The position numbers and the translations under genes were made by a program. From Caldithrix abyssi DSM 13497 (lineage in GTDB: Bacteria > Electryoneota > AABM5-125-24 > Hatepunaeales > Hatepunaeaceae): a stretch of 64,000 bases of DNA. The DNA is taken from the NCBI GenBank assembly GCA_945865405.1, contig CAMBDS010000003.1, forward strand, positions 12,374 through 76,373. The letters are read 5' to 3'. Shown piece by piece: positions 1 to 12,726 of the stretch. The notes under the pieces are model-generated. The model saw only the letters and a program-made list of their open reading frames with translations. It was not told the origin of the DNA and did no database searches. The stretch's first letter is position 1, and every line of letters starts with the position of its first letter.

Positions 1-3
1 AGA

Positions 4-828
4 TTACTTCTTGCGACGTTCTACAATGTACTTGCTTGACGCCTTATTCTTCCGGGTCTTGAAACCTTTGGTTGGCTTGCCCCACGGTGTGCAGGGATGA
101 CGACCACCTGACGAACGACCTTCACCACCACCCATTGGATGGTCGATCGGGTTCATTGCGACTGCTCTGCTGTGCGAGCGTCTGCCGAGCCAGCGAGAGC
201 GTCCTGCTTTACCAAGTGAAATCTGTTCGTGGTCGATGTTGCCAACCTGACCGACGGTGGCGAGGCAGTTGCGATTGAATTGCCTGACTTCACTTGAGGG
301 AAGTCTGAGCAGAACAAACTCACCGTCTTTCGCCATGACCTGTGCGGCAGCGCCAGCTCCACGGGCTACCTGCGCACCTTTGCCAGGCTTCATCTCTATA
401 CTGTGGACGAATGTTCCGAGCGGGATTTCGGCAAGAACCATGGCGTTGCCAGGTTGTACTTCGAGGCCGGAGCCGCGTTGAATAACGTCGCCGGTTTTCA
501 GACCCTGCGGTGCAACAATATAACGCTTTTCTCCATCTGCATAAAAGAGCAAAGCGATATTTGCTGTACGATTTGGATCATATTCGATAGAATGTACTTT
601 TGCCGGAATTCCAGCCTTGTCGCGCTTGAAATCGATGAGACGATATTCGCGCTTATGACCACCGCCGCGATGGAACGACGTCACCCGTCCGAGATTATTT
701 CGACCACCGCTTTTGCGCAGAGGGCGTAACAAACTCTTCTCAGGCGTCCGTGTCGTAAGTTCACTGAAGTCTGATAGGACTGTGAACCGCATCGACGGTG
801 TGTAAGGTTTGTGTGATTTTACAGGCAT
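4..828 (-). CDS. rplB: 50S ribosomal protein L2
   Basis: 274 aa; [16 protein letters not shown] and [14 protein letters not shown] motifs; S10 operon order. Confidence 0.98.
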   Translation of the reverse strand: MPVKSHKPYTPSMRFTVLSDFSELTTRTPEKSLLRPLRKSGGRNNLGRVTSFHRGGGHKREYRLIDFKRDKAGIPAKVHSIEYDPNRTANIALLFYADGEKRYIVAPQGLKTGDVIQRGSGLEVQPGNAMVLAEIPLGTFVHSIEMKPGKGAQVARGAGAAAQVMAKDGEFVLLRLPSSEVRQFNRNCLATVGQVGNIDHEQISLGKAGRSRWLGRRSHSRAVAMNPIDHPMGGGEGRSSGGRHPCTPWGKPTKGFKTRKNKASSKYIVERRKK

Positions 829-909
829 TTCTTACTATAGATGAAGTTGATGATGATGACGGGGATGGTGAATTGAAGCATCTTGCACCATCATCATAGT
901 CACACGGAA

Positions 910-1200
910 TTATGCGTTCTCAAACAATTCGATCTTCTCGTCCTTGGCAAGCGTCACAATCGCTTTCTTGCGATCCGGACGACGCCCGCTGAACCGTCCC
1001 ATGCGCTTGACTTTACCGGGAAGAACGATAGTGCGAATGGAAGTGACGTGAACCTTGAAGCGCTCCTCGACAGCTCGCTTGATTTCGATTTTGCCTGAGC
1101 CAAGGTCAACTTCAAACACGTACTTGTTCAACTTTTCCGTCAGCTTCGTCACTTTCTCGGTGACGAGAGGCCTGCGGATAATGCTTAAAATACTACTCAT
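910..1200 (-). CDS. rplW: 50S ribosomal protein L23
   Basis: RPLVTEK...KKAIVTL motifs; start placed at ATG 1200, overlapping the rplD stop. Confidence 0.95.
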   Translation of the reverse strand: MSSILSIIRRPLVTEKVTKLTEKLNKYVFEVDLGSGKIEIKRAVEERFKVHVTSIRTIVLPGKVKRMGRFSGRRPDRKKAIVTLAKDEKIELFENA

Positions 1201-1855
1201 GAGCAAGTCCTTCGGAAAGTCCCTTCAAGGCTGAACGGCTGATGATTAAGCGACGGGCCCGAAGAATATCATAGGTAGAAGCGCCAATGCCATCTTTCAC
1301 TGCAAGCCGCGGGATATTCCGGCAAGATTTGACGACTAACGGCTGGTTACCGTTGAGAAGTATCAGTGCAGACTGGCCTTCAGTCTTGAACGCCTTCAAA
1401 GTTTCGGCGATAGTTTTGGTTCTCGGGACATCAAATTTGAAGTCTTCGATGATATCGATGAAACCCTTCTGTGCCTTGAGCGAGAGTGCTGTTCGACGGG
1501 CGAGTCGCTTCACTTTGATCGGCAGTTTCAGAAGATGGTCATGCGGTTGAGGGCCGTGCATCGTTCCACCACCCACCCAAATAGGCGAGCGATTCGAACC
1601 GGCTCGTGCTCCACCGCTTCCTTTTTGCTTCTTCGGCTTGCGACCACCACCCGAAACTTCGTCGCGGGTTTTGGTGGCGTGCGTACCCTGTCGTCTATTC
1701 GACAACTCAACCTTTACAGCCAGATACATCACATGATCGTTGCGAGGAAGCCCAAACAGGTTTGGATCGAGTTCGACTATTTCGCCTGTGGATGTACCGT
1801 CAAGTCGCTTGATCGGGAGCGAAATTTTGACAAAGTTTTCTTTATCGAGTGTCAT
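1193..1855 (-). CDS. rplD: 50S ribosomal protein L4
   Basis: RQGTHATKTRDEVSGGGRKPKKQKGSGGARAGS loop. Confidence 0.97.
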   Translation of the reverse strand: MTLDKENFVKISLPIKRLDGTSTGEIVELDPNLFGLPRNDHVMYLAVKVELSNRRQGTHATKTRDEVSGGGRKPKKQKGSGGARAGSNRSPIWVGGGTMHGPQPHDHLLKLPIKVKRLARRTALSLKAQKGFIDIIEDFKFDVPRTKTIAETLKAFKTEGQSALILLNGNQPLVVKSCRNIPRLAVKDGIGASTYDILRARRLIISRSALKGLSEGLAHE

Positions 1856-1860
1856 TGTCG

Positions 1861-2487
1861 TTAGCTCCCTTTCTTAGCTTTGCAAATCGTCAGGATACCA
1901 CCGGGCGCACCTGGAACTGCGCCGCGGACAAGTACCAAGCTGTTCGCGGGATCAAGTCCGATAATCTGAAGATTTTTTGTGGTGACTCGACCGCCGCCTG
2001 AACGCCCGGCCATTTTCATACCGGGCCATGTACGCGCCGGATCGGAGTGCTGACCGATTGAGCCACCGTGGCGAAAGGCTTCGTGCGTCCCATGCGTCTG
2101 ATTCGGACGATGGAAGTTATGTCGTTTGATAACTCCAGTGAAGCCCTTACCCTTTGATACTCCGATAATATCGACCTTTTCGCCGACCTTAAATATATCG
2201 AGGGTAAAGATCTGACCAGGAGTAACCTCACCGGGGAAATCGCGAAATTCACGCAATACCTTGACCGGTTCAACGCCTGCTTTCTTAAACTGACCTGCAG
2301 CGGGCTTGATAGTGCGCTTGGGGTCTTTTTTTCCAAAGCCGAGTTGGACCGCATTGTAGCCATCGCTATCGATCGTCTTAACTTGAACGACCGGACAGGG
2401 GCCTACTTCTATGACTGTGACGGGTGAAAGGCGGCCATTATCAAAAATGGCGCTCATCCCGCGTTTTTTTCCAAGCAGCCCTATCAT
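1861..2487 (-). CDS. rplC: 50S ribosomal protein L3
   Basis: [29 protein letters not shown] motifs. Confidence 0.97.
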   Translation of the reverse strand: MIGLLGKKRGMSAIFDNGRLSPVTVIEVGPCPVVQVKTIDSDGYNAVQLGFGKKDPKRTIKPAAGQFKKAGVEPVKVLREFRDFPGEVTPGQIFTLDIFKVGEKVDIIGVSKGKGFTGVIKRHNFHRPNQTHGTHEAFRHGGSIGQHSDPARTWPGMKMAGRSGGGRVTTKNLQIIGLDPANSLVLVRGAVPGAPGGILTICKAKKGS

Positions 2488-2792
2488 GTCTTGATCTCAA
2501 TATCTACACCGGCAGGCAATTCCAGACGCATCAGAGCGTCGATTGTGCGCGGGGAGGAGTTTAGAATGTCGATTAATCTTTTGTGAATTCGCGTCTCAAA
2601 TTGCTCACGCGATTTCTTGTCAACGTGCGGACTACGAAGAACGGTATAGACCCGCCTTTTTGTCGGAAGCGGTATCGGCCCGGAAATGGCCGCACCGGTT
2701 GCCCGTGCCGTACGAATGATCTTCTCTGTTGACTTGTCGATCAGGTTATGATCGTAAGCCTTCAGCTTGATGCGGATAGTTTGGCCCGCCAT
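2484..2792 (-). CDS. rpsJ: 30S ribosomal protein S10
   Basis: [30 protein letters not shown] motifs. Confidence 0.98.
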   Translation of the reverse strand: MAGQTIRIKLKAYDHNLIDKSTEKIIRTARATGAAISGPIPLPTKRRVYTVLRSPHVDKKSREQFETRIHKRLIDILNSSPRTIDALMRLELPAGVDIEIKT

Positions 2793-3000
2793 ACCTATTC
2801 AATGCTCCGGTTTCTGATGGATGATTGCTGCGGCAATACTCGGAATTTGTTGACCAATTCTAAATACAATCTTATTGCTTTACTAACACATTCGAGAAAA
2901 TGAGGTCCCCATCGCAATCCCGAACCGCGAAGAACTGCCGGTAGTTTAGAAGCCTCCGGCGAGCTTAAACCTTAATTTCCGAAGAACCAGACCAACTTGT

Positions 3001-3294
3001 TCAGGAAGAATAACTGACTACCAAACAGACCAGCCCTGCTATCCCGGCGACTACAGCGACAATAGTCAAGACTCCGCCATTCTCGCCTAAAAACCCTGTT
3101 GCGGAAGCTATCAACCAGAGGTAACCCGCTCTCCTTACCCAATCCCCCGAACTCTCAGCGGCACTATGACGCAATCTATAACCGCTTGATGCGAAGAAGA
3201 AGTTTGCCGGGAAATGGCCAGTAATTACCATGTAAAGACCAAATACGACGCCCACACCAGGGAAAAGCATTCCAAGAAGACTGAAATTGTCCAT
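3001..3294 (-). CDS. Small hypothetical membrane protein (about 97 aa, about 3 TM) between tufA and rpsJ
   Basis: Hydrophobic ORF; likely start ATG 3294 (the ORF track extends it to 3351); resembles 21690-21986. Confidence 0.6.
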   Translation of the reverse strand: MDNFSLLGMLFPGVGVVFGLYMVITGHFPANFFFASSGYRLRHSAAESSGDWVRRAGYLWLIASATGFLGENGGVLTIVAVVAGIAGLVCLVVSYSS

Positions 3295-3359
3295 CGCAAC
3301 TCCCGAACCGTGAAGAACTGCGGCAGTTAATGGCTCCGGCGAAGCCAGCAAAAAGCAGT

Positions 3360-3390
3360 GAGTCTGCCGGGCAAATCCCGTGGCAGACTC
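3360..3390 (-). terminator. Hairpin just downstream of tufA (possible terminator or processing stem)
   Basis: GAGTCTGCC...GGCAGACTC 9-bp inverted repeat with an inner GGG/CCC pair; only a weak, offset U-tract. Confidence 0.4.
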
Positions 3391-3402
3391 AAAACATGTT
3401 CC

Positions 3403-4593
3403 TTACGCGATCACCTTTGTGACGAGTCCAGCGCCGACGGTACGACCGCCTTCACGAATAGCGAAGCGAACCTGCTCCTCCATCGCGATTGGGGCGATAA
3501 GCTCTACCTTGATATCGACGTTGTCACCGGGCATGACCATCTCACGACCTTCGGGAAGCTCCACCGAGCCAGTTACGTCCGTCGTGCGGAAGTAAAACTG
3601 CGGACGGTAGCCCTTGAAGAATGGCGTATGACGGCCGCCCTCTTCTTTCGAAAGGACGTAAATTCTGCCTTCAAACTTCGTGTGAGGTGTTATCGAACCG
3701 GTCGCGGCGATAACCTGTCCACGCTCAATCGCTTCCTTGTCAATTCCGCGAAGCAACAAACCACAGTTGTCACCGGCACGACCCTCGTCAAGCAACTTGC
3801 GGAACATCTCGATTCCGGTCACGACAGATTTCTTGGTCGCAACAAAACCGACAAGCTCAACTTCATCGCCAACCTTGATGATACCGCGCTCGATACGTCC
3901 GGTCGCAACTGTTCCACGACCCGTAATCGAAAATACGTCTTCAACCGGCATCAGGAACGGCTTCTCGGTAGCACGAACTGGCTCGGGAATGAACGTGTCG
4001 CAGGCATTCATCAGGTCCATGATGCACTGGTTGTACTTCGGGTCTTCCGGGTAGTTCATCGCGTTTAAGCCTGAACCGCGGATGATCGGTGTCGTGTCGC
4101 CGGGGAACTGATACTGGTTAAGAAGATCGCGCATCTCAAGCTCAACGAGATCAAGAAGCTCAGGGTCATCGACGAGATCGACTTTGTTCATGAAGATCAC
4201 AAGATGCGGCACACCGACCTGACGGGCGAGCAGGATATGCTCACGAGTCTGGGGCATCGGACCGTCGTCGGCGGAGACTACCACAATTGCTCCGTCCATC
4301 TGAGCTGCGCCGGTGACCATATTCTTGATATAGTCGGCATGCCCCGGGCAGTCAACGTGGGCGTAATGACGGTTCTCGGTCGAATACTCGATGTGGGCGG
4401 TGTTGATCGTTACGCCACGGGCGCGCTCTTCGGGAGCGTTATCGATGGAGTCGAACGAACGCTCGGCGGAGAGACCTTTCTTGGCCAACACTAACGTGAT
4501 CGCTGAGGTCAATGTCGTTTTGCCGTGATCTACGTGACCGATTGTGCCGATATTGACGTGCGGCTTACTCCGCACAAATTTTTCTTTTGCCAT
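3403..4593 (-). CDS. tufA: Elongation factor Tu (str-operon copy)
   Basis: 396 aa; [16 protein letters not shown] motifs; follows fusA. Confidence 0.99.
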   Translation of the reverse strand: MAKEKFVRSKPHVNIGTIGHVDHGKTTLTSAITLVLAKKGLSAERSFDSIDNAPEERARGVTINTAHIEYSTENRHYAHVDCPGHADYIKNMVTGAAQMDGAIVVVSADDGPMPQTREHILLARQVGVPHLVIFMNKVDLVDDPELLDLVELEMRDLLNQYQFPGDTTPIIRGSGLNAMNYPEDPKYNQCIMDLMNACDTFIPEPVRATEKPFLMPVEDVFSITGRGTVATGRIERGIIKVGDEVELVGFVATKKSVVTGIEMFRKLLDEGRAGDNCGLLLRGIDKEAIERGQVIAATGSITPHTKFEGRIYVLSKEEGGRHTPFFKGYRPQFYFRTTDVTGSVELPEGREMVMPGDNVDIKVELIAPIAMEEQVRFAIREGGRTVGAGLVTKVIA

Positions 4594-4695
4594 CTCTTAA
4601 TGTTCCGGTCTGATTTCCTGCCAAATTCCCGTTTCCGGGTCGGCTTGCATTAATTAGGTAGAATTAGCTTATTATTCTGTAAAGGACCGCTAATA

Positions 4696-6768
4696 CTACT
4701 TTTTCGATTTTTCGATCATTTCGTTCTGGACATGAGTCGGGACCTGTTCGTAGCGGAGGAACTCCATCGTGAACATCGCCCGTCCCTGAGTCAACGACCT
4801 GAGAGTCGTTGCGTATCCGAACATATTCGCCAGTGGCGACTCCGTCAAAACCACCTGGGCGTCATTACGAACATCAATACCCATAATTCTGGCGCGGCGG
4901 CTGTTAAGGTCGCCGACCACATCACCGAGATAGATGTCGGGAGTGACAACCTCCAACTTCATGAACGGCTCAAGGATCATAGCCCCTGCCCGTTTGACCG
5001 CATCCTGCACTGCCATTGAACCGGCGATTTTGAACGCTAATTCGGAAGAGTCAACTTCGTGGTAGCTTCCGTCAAGCAATGTCACAAGAACATCGATCAG
5101 TTGGTAACCGACGAGGACACCATTTTCAAGTGCCTCTCGCGCACCGCGATTGACAGGCTCAATATACTCACGGGGAATGGTGCCACCAACAACTTTGTTC
5201 TCAAAGTGATAGCCACTTCCCTTTTCGCCCGGTTCGATTCGCAGCTTGACATGACCGTATTGGCCGTGGCCACCGGTCTGCTTGACATACTTGGCGTCGG
5301 CTTCGGCAGCGCGGGTGATGGTTTCACGATAGGCAACATGAGGCTTGCCTTGATGTACCAATACACCAAACTCTCGCTTCATCCGTTCTACGAGAACTTC
5401 AAGATGAAGCTCGCCCATACCAGCGATCAGCGTCTGGCCCGACTCAGGGTCCGTTCGAACTCGGAATGTCGGATCTTCATCAGCAAGCTTGCTGAGAGCT
5501 TCGGCAAGCTTATCCTGTTCTTGCTGGCTTTGCGGTTCGATAGTGACGGAAATAACCGGTTCCGGGAAGTTCATTCTCTCCAGAACAATCGGATGCTTCA
5601 TATCACAGAGTGTGTCGCCTGTGCGAGTGTCTTTGAACCCAATCGCGGCAACAATGTCGCCAGCAAATACCTCAGTGACATCTTCACGCTTGTTGGCGAA
5701 CATCCTGACGATACGATTGAAACGCTCGCGCTTCCCGTTTGTCGAATTCAGAACCTGTTCACCAGACTTGATACTGCCTGAATAAACTCGGAAGTATGTG
5801 AGCCTGCCCATGTATGGGTCGGTCATAATCTTGAATGCAAGCGCAGAGAAAGCGACATTGGGATCGGCGGGTCGTTCTTCTGGAGCTTCTGTTTGGGGAT
5901 GATGTCCAACAATAGCCTTCACATCGACAGGACTTGGTAGAAATGCAAGGACTGCATCGAGGAGGTTCTGTACGCCCTTATATCTGAACGAAGAACCACA
6001 AAGAACTGGAGTAACCTTGCCTTGAATTGTCGCCTGACGTAAAGCCGCCACAATCTCGTCTTCAGCAATTGCCTGACCGTCAAGGAACTTCTCCATCAGC
6101 GTATCGTCAATATCACTGACTGATTCAAGAAGCTTCTCGCGCCATTCCAACGACACCTTCATCATATCGGGCGGAATATCGCTGTCATCCATGTGCATAC
6201 CAAAGCTGTCTTCACGGAACGTAATCGCCTTCATTCTTATGAGGTCAATCATACCGTTGAAAAGCTCACTCTGACCAATAGGAATCTGAATCGGGATAGG
6301 AGTCGCACCGAGACGCTCCTTAATCATTCCGACCACGCGATAGAAGTCAGCACCCGAACGGTCCATCTTGTTGATGTAGGCAAGCCTTGGTACGTTGTAT
6401 CGGTCGGCTTGACGCCAGACCGTTTCCGACTGAGGCTCTACGCCACCAACGGCACAAAAAATAGCGACAGCACCATCGAGAACTCGAAGGCTTCGTTCGA
6501 CTTCAGCAGTGAAATCGACGTGTCCCGGAGTGTCGATGATGTTGATTTGGTAATCTTTCCATGGGCAGGTGGTCGATGCTGAGGTAATCGTGATACCTCG
6601 CTCGCGCTCTTGATCCATCCAGTCCATCACGGCGGTGCCGTCGTGGACTTCACCCATTTTATAAGTACGGCCTGTATAATAAAGAACGCGTTCGGTCGTC
6701 GTCGTCTTGCCAGCATCGATATGAGCCATAATTCCGATATTACGAATCATTTTCAGATCGTAATTCAT
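4696..6768 (-). CDS. fusA: Elongation factor G
   Basis: [27 protein letters not shown] motifs; likely start ATG 6768 ([10 protein letters not shown]), 690 aa; the extension to TTG 6879 is unlikely. Confidence 0.97.
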   Translation of the reverse strand: MNYDLKMIRNIGIMAHIDAGKTTTTERVLYYTGRTYKMGEVHDGTAVMDWMDQERERGITITSASTTCPWKDYQINIIDTPGHVDFTAEVERSLRVLDGAVAIFCAVGGVEPQSETVWRQADRYNVPRLAYINKMDRSGADFYRVVGMIKERLGATPIPIQIPIGQSELFNGMIDLIRMKAITFREDSFGMHMDDSDIPPDMMKVSLEWREKLLESVSDIDDTLMEKFLDGQAIAEDEIVAALRQATIQGKVTPVLCGSSFRYKGVQNLLDAVLAFLPSPVDVKAIVGHHPQTEAPEERPADPNVAFSALAFKIMTDPYMGRLTYFRVYSGSIKSGEQVLNSTNGKRERFNRIVRMFANKREDVTEVFAGDIVAAIGFKDTRTGDTLCDMKHPIVLERMNFPEPVISVTIEPQSQQEQDKLAEALSKLADEDPTFRVRTDPESGQTLIAGMGELHLEVLVERMKREFGVLVHQGKPHVAYRETITRAAEADAKYVKQTGGHGQYGHVKLRIEPGEKGSGYHFENKVVGGTIPREYIEPVNRGAREALENGVLVGYQLIDVLVTLLDGSYHEVDSSELAFKIAGSMAVQDAVKRAGAMILEPFMKLEVVTPDIYLGDVVGDLNSRRARIMGIDVRNDAQVVLTESPLANMFGYATTLRSLTQGRAMFTMEFLRYEQVPTHVQNEMIEKSKK

Positions 6769-6887
6769 GTTACCATCTACGGCTTTCGAGTTCGACGATT
6801 TCGCCTTCCCGGTAGTTCGTACTTCCGTTGGTGCAGCTGTAAGGCTCTCGGCCACTTGTAATAATCTTTCGTATGTCAATTAGAGAG

Positions 6888-6910
6888 AAAAAGACAGCCG
6901 CAAGGCTGTC
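6888..6910 (-). terminator. Intrinsic terminator-like hairpin between rpsG and fusA
   Basis: Minus strand GACAGCC-TTGC-GGCTGTC followed by TTTTTCT. Confidence 0.6.
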
Positions 6911-7163
6911 CTCTAATAGAAAGAGATCACCCTTGGTGCTATTCGCTTATATATGCGGTCACAACAATCAACGTCCGTCTCCGCGTTTACGGAAACAATT
7001 TTATCAGTCCCCCAACCCCATCTCAATACCCCCGCCCAACGTCGGCCGGAAGCCAACGGTTTAGTCAGATCGCCACAGGTGCGGCGTCTCAATTACTTTC
7101 CACTTTCCGTTTAGTGGGACAGGTATCTCACCCTGTCATTCCTACCAAATCAACCCTAAAATC

Positions 7164-7634
7164 CTACCATCTGAAATGCGCGAACGCCCTATTCGCTTCT
7201 GCCATCTTGAGCGTATCCTCACGCTTCTTAATGGTTGACCCTTCACCGTTGGCAGCAGCGATCAATTCGCTCGCAAGGTTGGCGGCCATGGTCGTTTCCT
7301 GACGGGCCCTGGCATAACTGAGTATCCACCGGATGGCAAGCGCCTGCTGGCGGGAGCCGCGAACCTCGACCGGAACCTGATACGTCGAACCACCAACGCG
7401 GCGGGACTTAACCTCAACCGGCGGGCGGGCGTTGTCAATAGCTTTGCGAAACACATCGATGCCGTTCAACTTCGTTCGTTTTGCAATAATATCGAATGAG
7501 TCGTAGAAAATTCCTTCAGCGGTCGATTTCTTACCTTGCTTCATGATCGAGTTAATAAACTTCGATACAAGGATATCGCCGTATTTGGGATCGGGAAGAA
7601 TCTCCCGCTTCACTGCACGTTTACGCCGTGACAT
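7164..7634 (-). CDS. rpsG: 30S ribosomal protein S7
   Basis: [29 protein letters not shown] motifs. Confidence 0.98.
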   Translation of the reverse strand: MSRRKRAVKREILPDPKYGDILVSKFINSIMKQGKKSTAEGIFYDSFDIIAKRTKLNGIDVFRKAIDNARPPVEVKSRRVGGSTYQVPVEVRGSRQQALAIRWILSYARARQETTMAANLASELIAAANGEGSTIKKREDTLKMAEANRAFAHFRW

Positions 7635-7682
7635 ATCGCTCTGATTATTCTGGGGTTGCGACCGGACGATCCGGCATTACAT

Positions 7683-7708
7683 AAAAAACGTCAGACAGCA
7701 AGCCTGAC
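7683..7708 (-). terminator. Hairpin plus U-tract between rpsL and rpsG
   Basis: Minus strand GUCAGGC-UUGCU-GUCUGAC then GUUUUUU. Confidence 0.45.
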
Positions 7709-7715
7709 AGGGAAA

Positions 7716-8096
7716 CTACTTCTTCAGCGCTACTTTCTTGGTACCATACTTGGAACGACCCTGCTTACGCTTGGCAACGCCAGCCGCATCGAGTGTTCCA
7801 CGGATGATATGGTAACGCACACCGGGAAGGTCTTTCACACGACCGCCTCGGATAAGTACGATTGAATGCTCTTGAAGGTTGTGACCTTCACCGGGTATGT
7901 AGCTGGTAACTTCGATGCCATTCGAAAGGCGAACACGGGCAACCTTGCGGAGCGCTGAATTCGGTTTTTTCGGAGTCGTTGTATAGACGCGTACACAGAC
8001 ACCGCGTTTCTGCGGACACTGTTCCAGCGCCGGGGCCATACTCTTCGCTTTCTTTACAGTACGACCTTTGGTGACCAATTGATTCAGGGTCGGCAA
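7716..8096 (-). CDS. rpsL: 30S ribosomal protein S12
   Basis: [23 protein letters not shown] motifs; TTG start. Confidence 0.98.
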   Translation of the reverse strand: MPTLNQLVTKGRTVKKAKSMAPALEQCPQKRGVCVRVYTTTPKKPNSALRKVARVRLSNGIEVTSYIPGEGHNLQEHSIVLIRGGRVKDLPGVRYHIIRGTLDAAGVAKRKQGRSKYGTKKVALKK

Positions 8097-8193
8097 AGCA
8101 ATCCTTTCGAACTCAAATTAATTCCATACCAGCCGGTAATAGCTACTCGCTTTTTCCCGGAAAACTCAAATCTACAATTTTAATACCGGTTTG

Positions 8194-11100
8194 TCAACCG
8201 TTCTCGATGTTTATATCGTCCACCAGCTCCGATTCGACGATTTCTATTTCAGTCGCGTCCGGTTCGGCGATAAACTCCCCGTCTGCTTCCGATTCAACAG
8301 ACTCAGCTTCTTGAACTGGTTCGCCTCGAAGTTGCTCTTCGGCGAGAAGTGCGGCAATCTTGACTTCCTCTTCAAGGTCTTCCTTCACAGGAATAACCTG
8401 GAGATCTGAGTCTTCGCCTTCGGGTGGCTTCACAATAAGCGTTCTGTACCGCATCAAACCGGTTCCTGCGGGAATAAGATGCCCCATAATGACGTTTTCT
8501 TTCAGACCACGCAGTGTATCAGTCTTCTGCTCTACTGCGGCGTCTGTAAGGACGCGTGTCGTCTCCTGGAACGACGCCGCCGAGATGAAGCTCTCTGTGG
8601 CAAGTGACGCCTGAGTAATACCGAGCAATATCTGCTGGTAACGGGCAGGCTGAGTCGGTCGTGTCTCGGGTTCCTTGCCTTCGATTTTCTTCAGCCGTCT
8701 CATTTCTCGTCCAAAGGCGGCTCGATCAACCAGATCACCAATCTCAAACTTCGAGTCACCCGGCTCGAGAATAATCACTTTACCGATCAGTTGTTTGTTC
8801 TCTTTGTTCAAACGTGAGAAGTCAACTTGATCGCCTTCCAGGTACATCGTGTCGCCAGGATCTTCGATGCGAACTTTCTGCATCATCTGACGGACGATTA
8901 CTTCGATGTGCTTGTCATTAATGCGCACACCCTGAAGACGATAGACATCCTGAATTTCGTTGACCAGATACTCTTGAACCTTCTGGTGACCGAGGATCTG
9001 GAGGATATCCTGTGGAGAAACAGCACCTTCGGTTAACCGTTCGCCAGCAGTGACATGTTCGCCGTCATGAACCAGCAAATGCCGTCCAACCGGTATCATA
9101 TATTTCTTGGGATCAGGTGAACTGGTTGGGGTGACCGTGATTTCACGAACACCACGTCGCAATTGTCCAAATTTGACGATACCGTCGATTTCGGTAACGA
9201 TAGCAGGATCCTTCGGGCGGCGAGCTTCGAATAGCTCGGCAACGCGTGGCAAACCACCGGTGATGTCCTTGCTCTTCGACGATTCACGCGGAATCTTCAC
9301 AATCGCGTCACCGGCCTTAACCATCTGATTGTCGGTGACCATCATCAAAGCGCCAATCGGCAGAATGTACTGACCGGACGACTTCCCGTCGGTACCGATA
9401 ATATGAATATGGGGATTGAGGCGACGATCTTTCGATTCCGTAATGACGCTCATCCGTTGACCGGTTGACTGATCCGTTGACTCGAGGACTGTCAAGCCCT
9501 CTTTGATGTCGTGAAACTGTACTTTCCCAGCATTCGCTGCAAGAATGAATGCGGAGTAAGGATCCCAGGTAAACAGAATCATACCGGTAGTCACTTTCGC
9601 GCCATCAGCAGCCTGAATCGTTGCACCGTAAGGTACTGAATATTCGGCTAACTTTCGCCCGTTGTCATCCATTAAGCGGATGAAGCCGCTACGACGGAGC
9701 GCGACGAATGTATCGTCGTCGCGGGGGATTCCCTCGATATTGACCCAACTGACCGTTCCGTCTCCCTTGGCCATCACTTGTGACTCAGCCGCCACCAGCG
9801 ATGCAGTACCACCGATATGGAACGTTCGCAGCGTAAGCTGTGTACCCGGTTCACCAATTGACTGCGCAGCAATTACGCCTACCGCTTCACCAAGATTGAC
9901 GATTTTGCCACTGGTGAGGTTTGTCCCGTAGCAAGAAGCGCAGACGCCTGTCTCGGCTTCACAAGCAAGTACCGACCTGATCGTGATTTTGGCGATACCG
10001 GAAGCGGCAATCATTTGCGCCTCTTTGTCGCGGATCATCGTATTGGCGGGAATCAAAAGCTCGTTCGTGTCGGGATGGAAAATATCCATTGCAGTAATAC
10101 GTCCGATAATGCGGGCGAACAACTGCTCCGATATCTCTTCGCCTTCCTTGGATGCCTCGACCGTCGAACCTTTGTTGGTTTTGCAGTCGAAGTCCGAAAT
10201 AATCATATCCTGAGCCACATCGACAAGACGACGTGTAAGGTAACCAGCGTCGGCTGTCTTAAGCGCTGTATCGGCAAGACCCTTTCGAGCACCGTGAGTT
10301 GAGATAAAGTACTCGAGTACCGTCAAGCCTTCTTTGAAGTTGGCGGTGATCGGTTGCTCGATAATTTCACCCTTCTGCCCGGTCATCGTCTTTTGTGGTT
10401 TGGCCATAAGACCACGCATACCTGCCAACTGCCGAATCTGCTCCTTCGAACCACGAGCACCGGAGTCTGCCATCATAAAGAGCGGGTTGAAGCCCTTTTG
10501 TGACAACTTCATGTGCGTGAACATCGCCTCGGCTACGTCGTTATTGGTATGGGTCCAAAGGTCGATGATCATGTTATACCGCTCACCGTCGGTGATGAGA
10601 CCCATTTCGTATTGGCCCTGAATCTCTTCGACCCGTGACTGGGCGATTCGGATCAGCTCGGTCTTTTCAACTGGTACTTCGATGTCAGATAGCGAAATTG
10701 AAAGACCGGCTTTGGTAGCGGTCTTAAATCCAAGGCTCTTCAGAGCGTCGAGATAAGCCGCTGTACCATCGAAGCTGACTTCGTTAAAGACTTGCAAGAC
10801 AATTTCTTCGAGCCGTTTCTTGGTGATAAGCTCGTTAAAATACTTAACACCTAATACTCCAACCGGCAAAATCTCATTGAACATGAGGCGCCCGGCGGAA
10901 GTCTCGATCATATTGCCGTTCACCTTGCACTTGATGGGGGCGTGAAGCGAAATAGCTCCAGCCTGTTGAGCCATCAGCGCACCGCGCGGCGAGGAGAAGA
11001 CCTTCCCCTCCCCTTTTCCGCCTGGGAGCAATTTGGTGATATAGTAGCAACCAAGTACGATATCCTGTGACGGTATCGCAATTGGGCGACCATTTGCCGG

Positions 11101-12615
11101 ATTGAGGATGTTTCTCGGTGACAACATCAACAGCCGCGCTTCGATCTGGGACTCGTAAGAAAGCGGTACGTGGACCGCCATCTGGTCACCGTCGAAGTCA
11201 GCGTTAAACGCCGCACAGACGAGCGGATGAAGCCGAATTGCCTTACCCTCGATCAACTGCGGCTGGAAAGCTTGAATACCGAGTCTATGCAGTGTCGGCG
11301 CACGGTTAAGCAATACCGGATGATCCTGAATGATCTCTTCCAAGAGTTCCCAGACGACATCGAGTTTACGCTCGACCATCCGCTTGGCAGACTTCACTGT
11401 TTTGGTGTAGTCGCGCTCGATCAGCTTGCGAATAATGAACGGTTTGAATAACTCGACAGCCATGTGCTTTGGCAAACCGCATTCATGCAGTTTCAGTTCT
11501 GGACCAACCACAATTACCGAACGACCGGAATAGTCAACGCGCTTTCCGAGCAAGTTCTGGCGGAAACGTCCCTGCTTACCACGAAGGTTATCGGAGAGTG
11601 ACTTCAAAGGGCGGTTGCCGTCGGAGCGCATCGCAACTGACTTCCTGCCGTTGTCGAACAACGAATCGACAGCTTCCTGCAACATCCTCTTTTCGTTGCG
11701 AAGGATGACATCAGGGGCTTTAATCTCGATCATTTTTCGCAGACGATTGTTGCGAATGATGACTCGTCGGTAAAGGTCATTCAAATCCGAAGTCGCAAAT
11801 CTACCGCCATCAAGCGGCACGAGAGGTCTCAAATCTGGCGGTACAATCGGGACAACTTTCAAGACCATCCATTCGGGGCGGTTCCCACCTTCGTGGCTGC
11901 TGGCCATGAACGCCTCGATAACTCTAAGGCGCTTGATATAATCTTGCTTACGCTGAATAGAGGTTTCGATGGCAATCAGACGACGAAAATCGCGCGACAC
12001 GGTGTGGACTTCAACCCTGCGAAGCATTTCGAGGATCGCCTCACCACCCATGAGGGCGATGAACTTGTTCGGGTCGGAATTGGGCAATAACCGGTTTTCA
12101 TAGCCAATCGTATCGAGAACATCGTTGTAATCGTTCTCGGAAAGTACTTCGCAAAATCTCTTGCCTGATGGTCCCGGTTGGATAACAGCAAAAGATTCGT
12201 AATAAATGATCTTTTCAAGGTCGCGGCCAGAGATCCCCAGCAGGTTCCCGATCTTCGATGGCAACGATTTGAAGAACCAGATATGGACAACGGGTACGGC
12301 TAGCTCGATATGTCCCATCCTCTTCCGGCGGACGTCTTTGCGAGTGATCTCGACGCTGCACCGGTCGCAGATGATTCCCTTGTATCGGATTCCGCGATAT
12401 TTACCGCAGAAGCACTCCCAATCCTTCGTCGGCCCGAAGATTCGCTCGCTGAAGAGTCCGTCTTTTTCGGGCTTATAGGAACGGTAGTTAATCGTCTCCG
12501 GCTTTGTCACTTCGCCATGGGAGCGATCGAGAATCATCTCGGGAGACGAAAGCCCAATCGTGATTTTAGTGAAGTGTTCGGTTTCTACATCGAACTGTTT
12601 TTGGCTGTAAGCCAC
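8194..12615 (-). CDS. rpoC: RNA polymerase beta' subunit
   Basis: NADFDGD catalytic motif, N-terminal Cys zinc finger, [17 protein letters not shown]; GTG start; acidic C-terminal tail. Confidence 0.99.
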   Translation of the reverse strand: MAYSQKQFDVETEHFTKITIGLSSPEMILDRSHGEVTKPETINYRSYKPEKDGLFSERIFGPTKDWECFCGKYRGIRYKGIICDRCSVEITRKDVRRKRMGHIELAVPVVHIWFFKSLPSKIGNLLGISGRDLEKIIYYESFAVIQPGPSGKRFCEVLSENDYNDVLDTIGYENRLLPNSDPNKFIALMGGEAILEMLRRVEVHTVSRDFRRLIAIETSIQRKQDYIKRLRVIEAFMASSHEGGNRPEWMVLKVVPIVPPDLRPLVPLDGGRFATSDLNDLYRRVIIRNNRLRKMIEIKAPDVILRNEKRMLQEAVDSLFDNGRKSVAMRSDGNRPLKSLSDNLRGKQGRFRQNLLGKRVDYSGRSVIVVGPELKLHECGLPKHMAVELFKPFIIRKLIERDYTKTVKSAKRMVERKLDVVWELLEEIIQDHPVLLNRAPTLHRLGIQAFQPQLIEGKAIRLHPLVCAAFNADFDGDQMAVHVPLSYESQIEARLLMLSPRNILNPANGRPIAIPSQDIVLGCYYITKLLPGGKGEGKVFSSPRGALMAQQAGAISLHAPIKCKVNGNMIETSAGRLMFNEILPVGVLGVKYFNELITKKRLEEIVLQVFNEVSFDGTAAYLDALKSLGFKTATKAGLSISLSDIEVPVEKTELIRIAQSRVEEIQGQYEMGLITDGERYNMIIDLWTHTNNDVAEAMFTHMKLSQKGFNPLFMMADSGARGSKEQIRQLAGMRGLMAKPQKTMTGQKGEIIEQPITANFKEGLTVLEYFISTHGARKGLADTALKTADAGYLTRRLVDVAQDMIISDFDCKTNKGSTVEASKEGEEISEQLFARIIGRITAMDIFHPDTNELLIPANTMIRDKEAQMIAASGIAKITIRSVLACEAETGVCASCYGTNLTSGKIVNLGEAVGVIAAQSIGEPGTQLTLRTFHIGGTASLVAAESQVMAKGDGTVSWVNIEGIPRDDDTFVALRRSGFIRLMDDNGRKLAEYSVPYGATIQAADGAKVTTGMILFTWDPYSAFILAANAGKVQFHDIKEGLTVLESTDQSTGQRMSVITESKDRRLNPHIHIIGTDGKSSGQYILPIGALMMVTDNQMVKAGDAIVKIPRESSKSKDITGGLPRVAELFEARRPKDPAIVTEIDGIVKFGQLRRGVREITVTPTSSPDPKKYMIPVGRHLLVHDGEHVTAGERLTEGAVSPQDILQILGHQKVQEYLVNEIQDVYRLQGVRINDKHIEVIVRQMMQKVRIEDPGDTMYLEGDQVDFSRLNKENKQLIGKVIILEPGDSKFEIGDLVDRAAFGREMRRLKKIEGKEPETRPTQPARYQQILLGITQASLATESFISAASFQETTRVLTDAAVEQKTDTLRGLKENVIMGHLIPAGTGLMRYRTLIVKPPEGEDSDLQVIPVKEDLEEEVKIAALLAEEQLRGEPVQEAESVESEADGEFIAEPDATEIEIVESELVDDINIENG

Positions 12616-12726
12616 TTAACGCCCCTGCTTAGTCGTTCGGAAGTGCTGCTGAAAATCGAACCTGAGGAAGGTCTGGAAATGATCCTACCTATGTCTCTTC
12701 CCAAATCGGTTATTCGCCGCTATTGA

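Noticed and set aside
2921-3000. c-di-GMP-I riboswitch-like fragment (GCCTCCGG...TAAACC)
   Set aside because: On the wrong strand for the local genes and lacks the GNRA-loop P2 element.
3389-3397. ATG-TTT-TGA minigene right after the tufA stop
   Set aside because: The RBS-like TAAGGA is only 2 nt from the ATG; likely chance.
3358-4068. 236-aa plus-strand ORF (and similar ones at 22590-23030, 5059-5781, 17411-17992, 36774-37634, 47708-48553)
   Set aside because: Antisense shadows of conserved genes with strong codon bias; no independent motifs.
6769-6879. 37-aa N-terminal extension of EF-G in the ORF track
   Set aside because: Starts at TTG, has no similarity to EF-G, and ATG 6768 gives the normal length. 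The TTGACA here has no matching -10 box.
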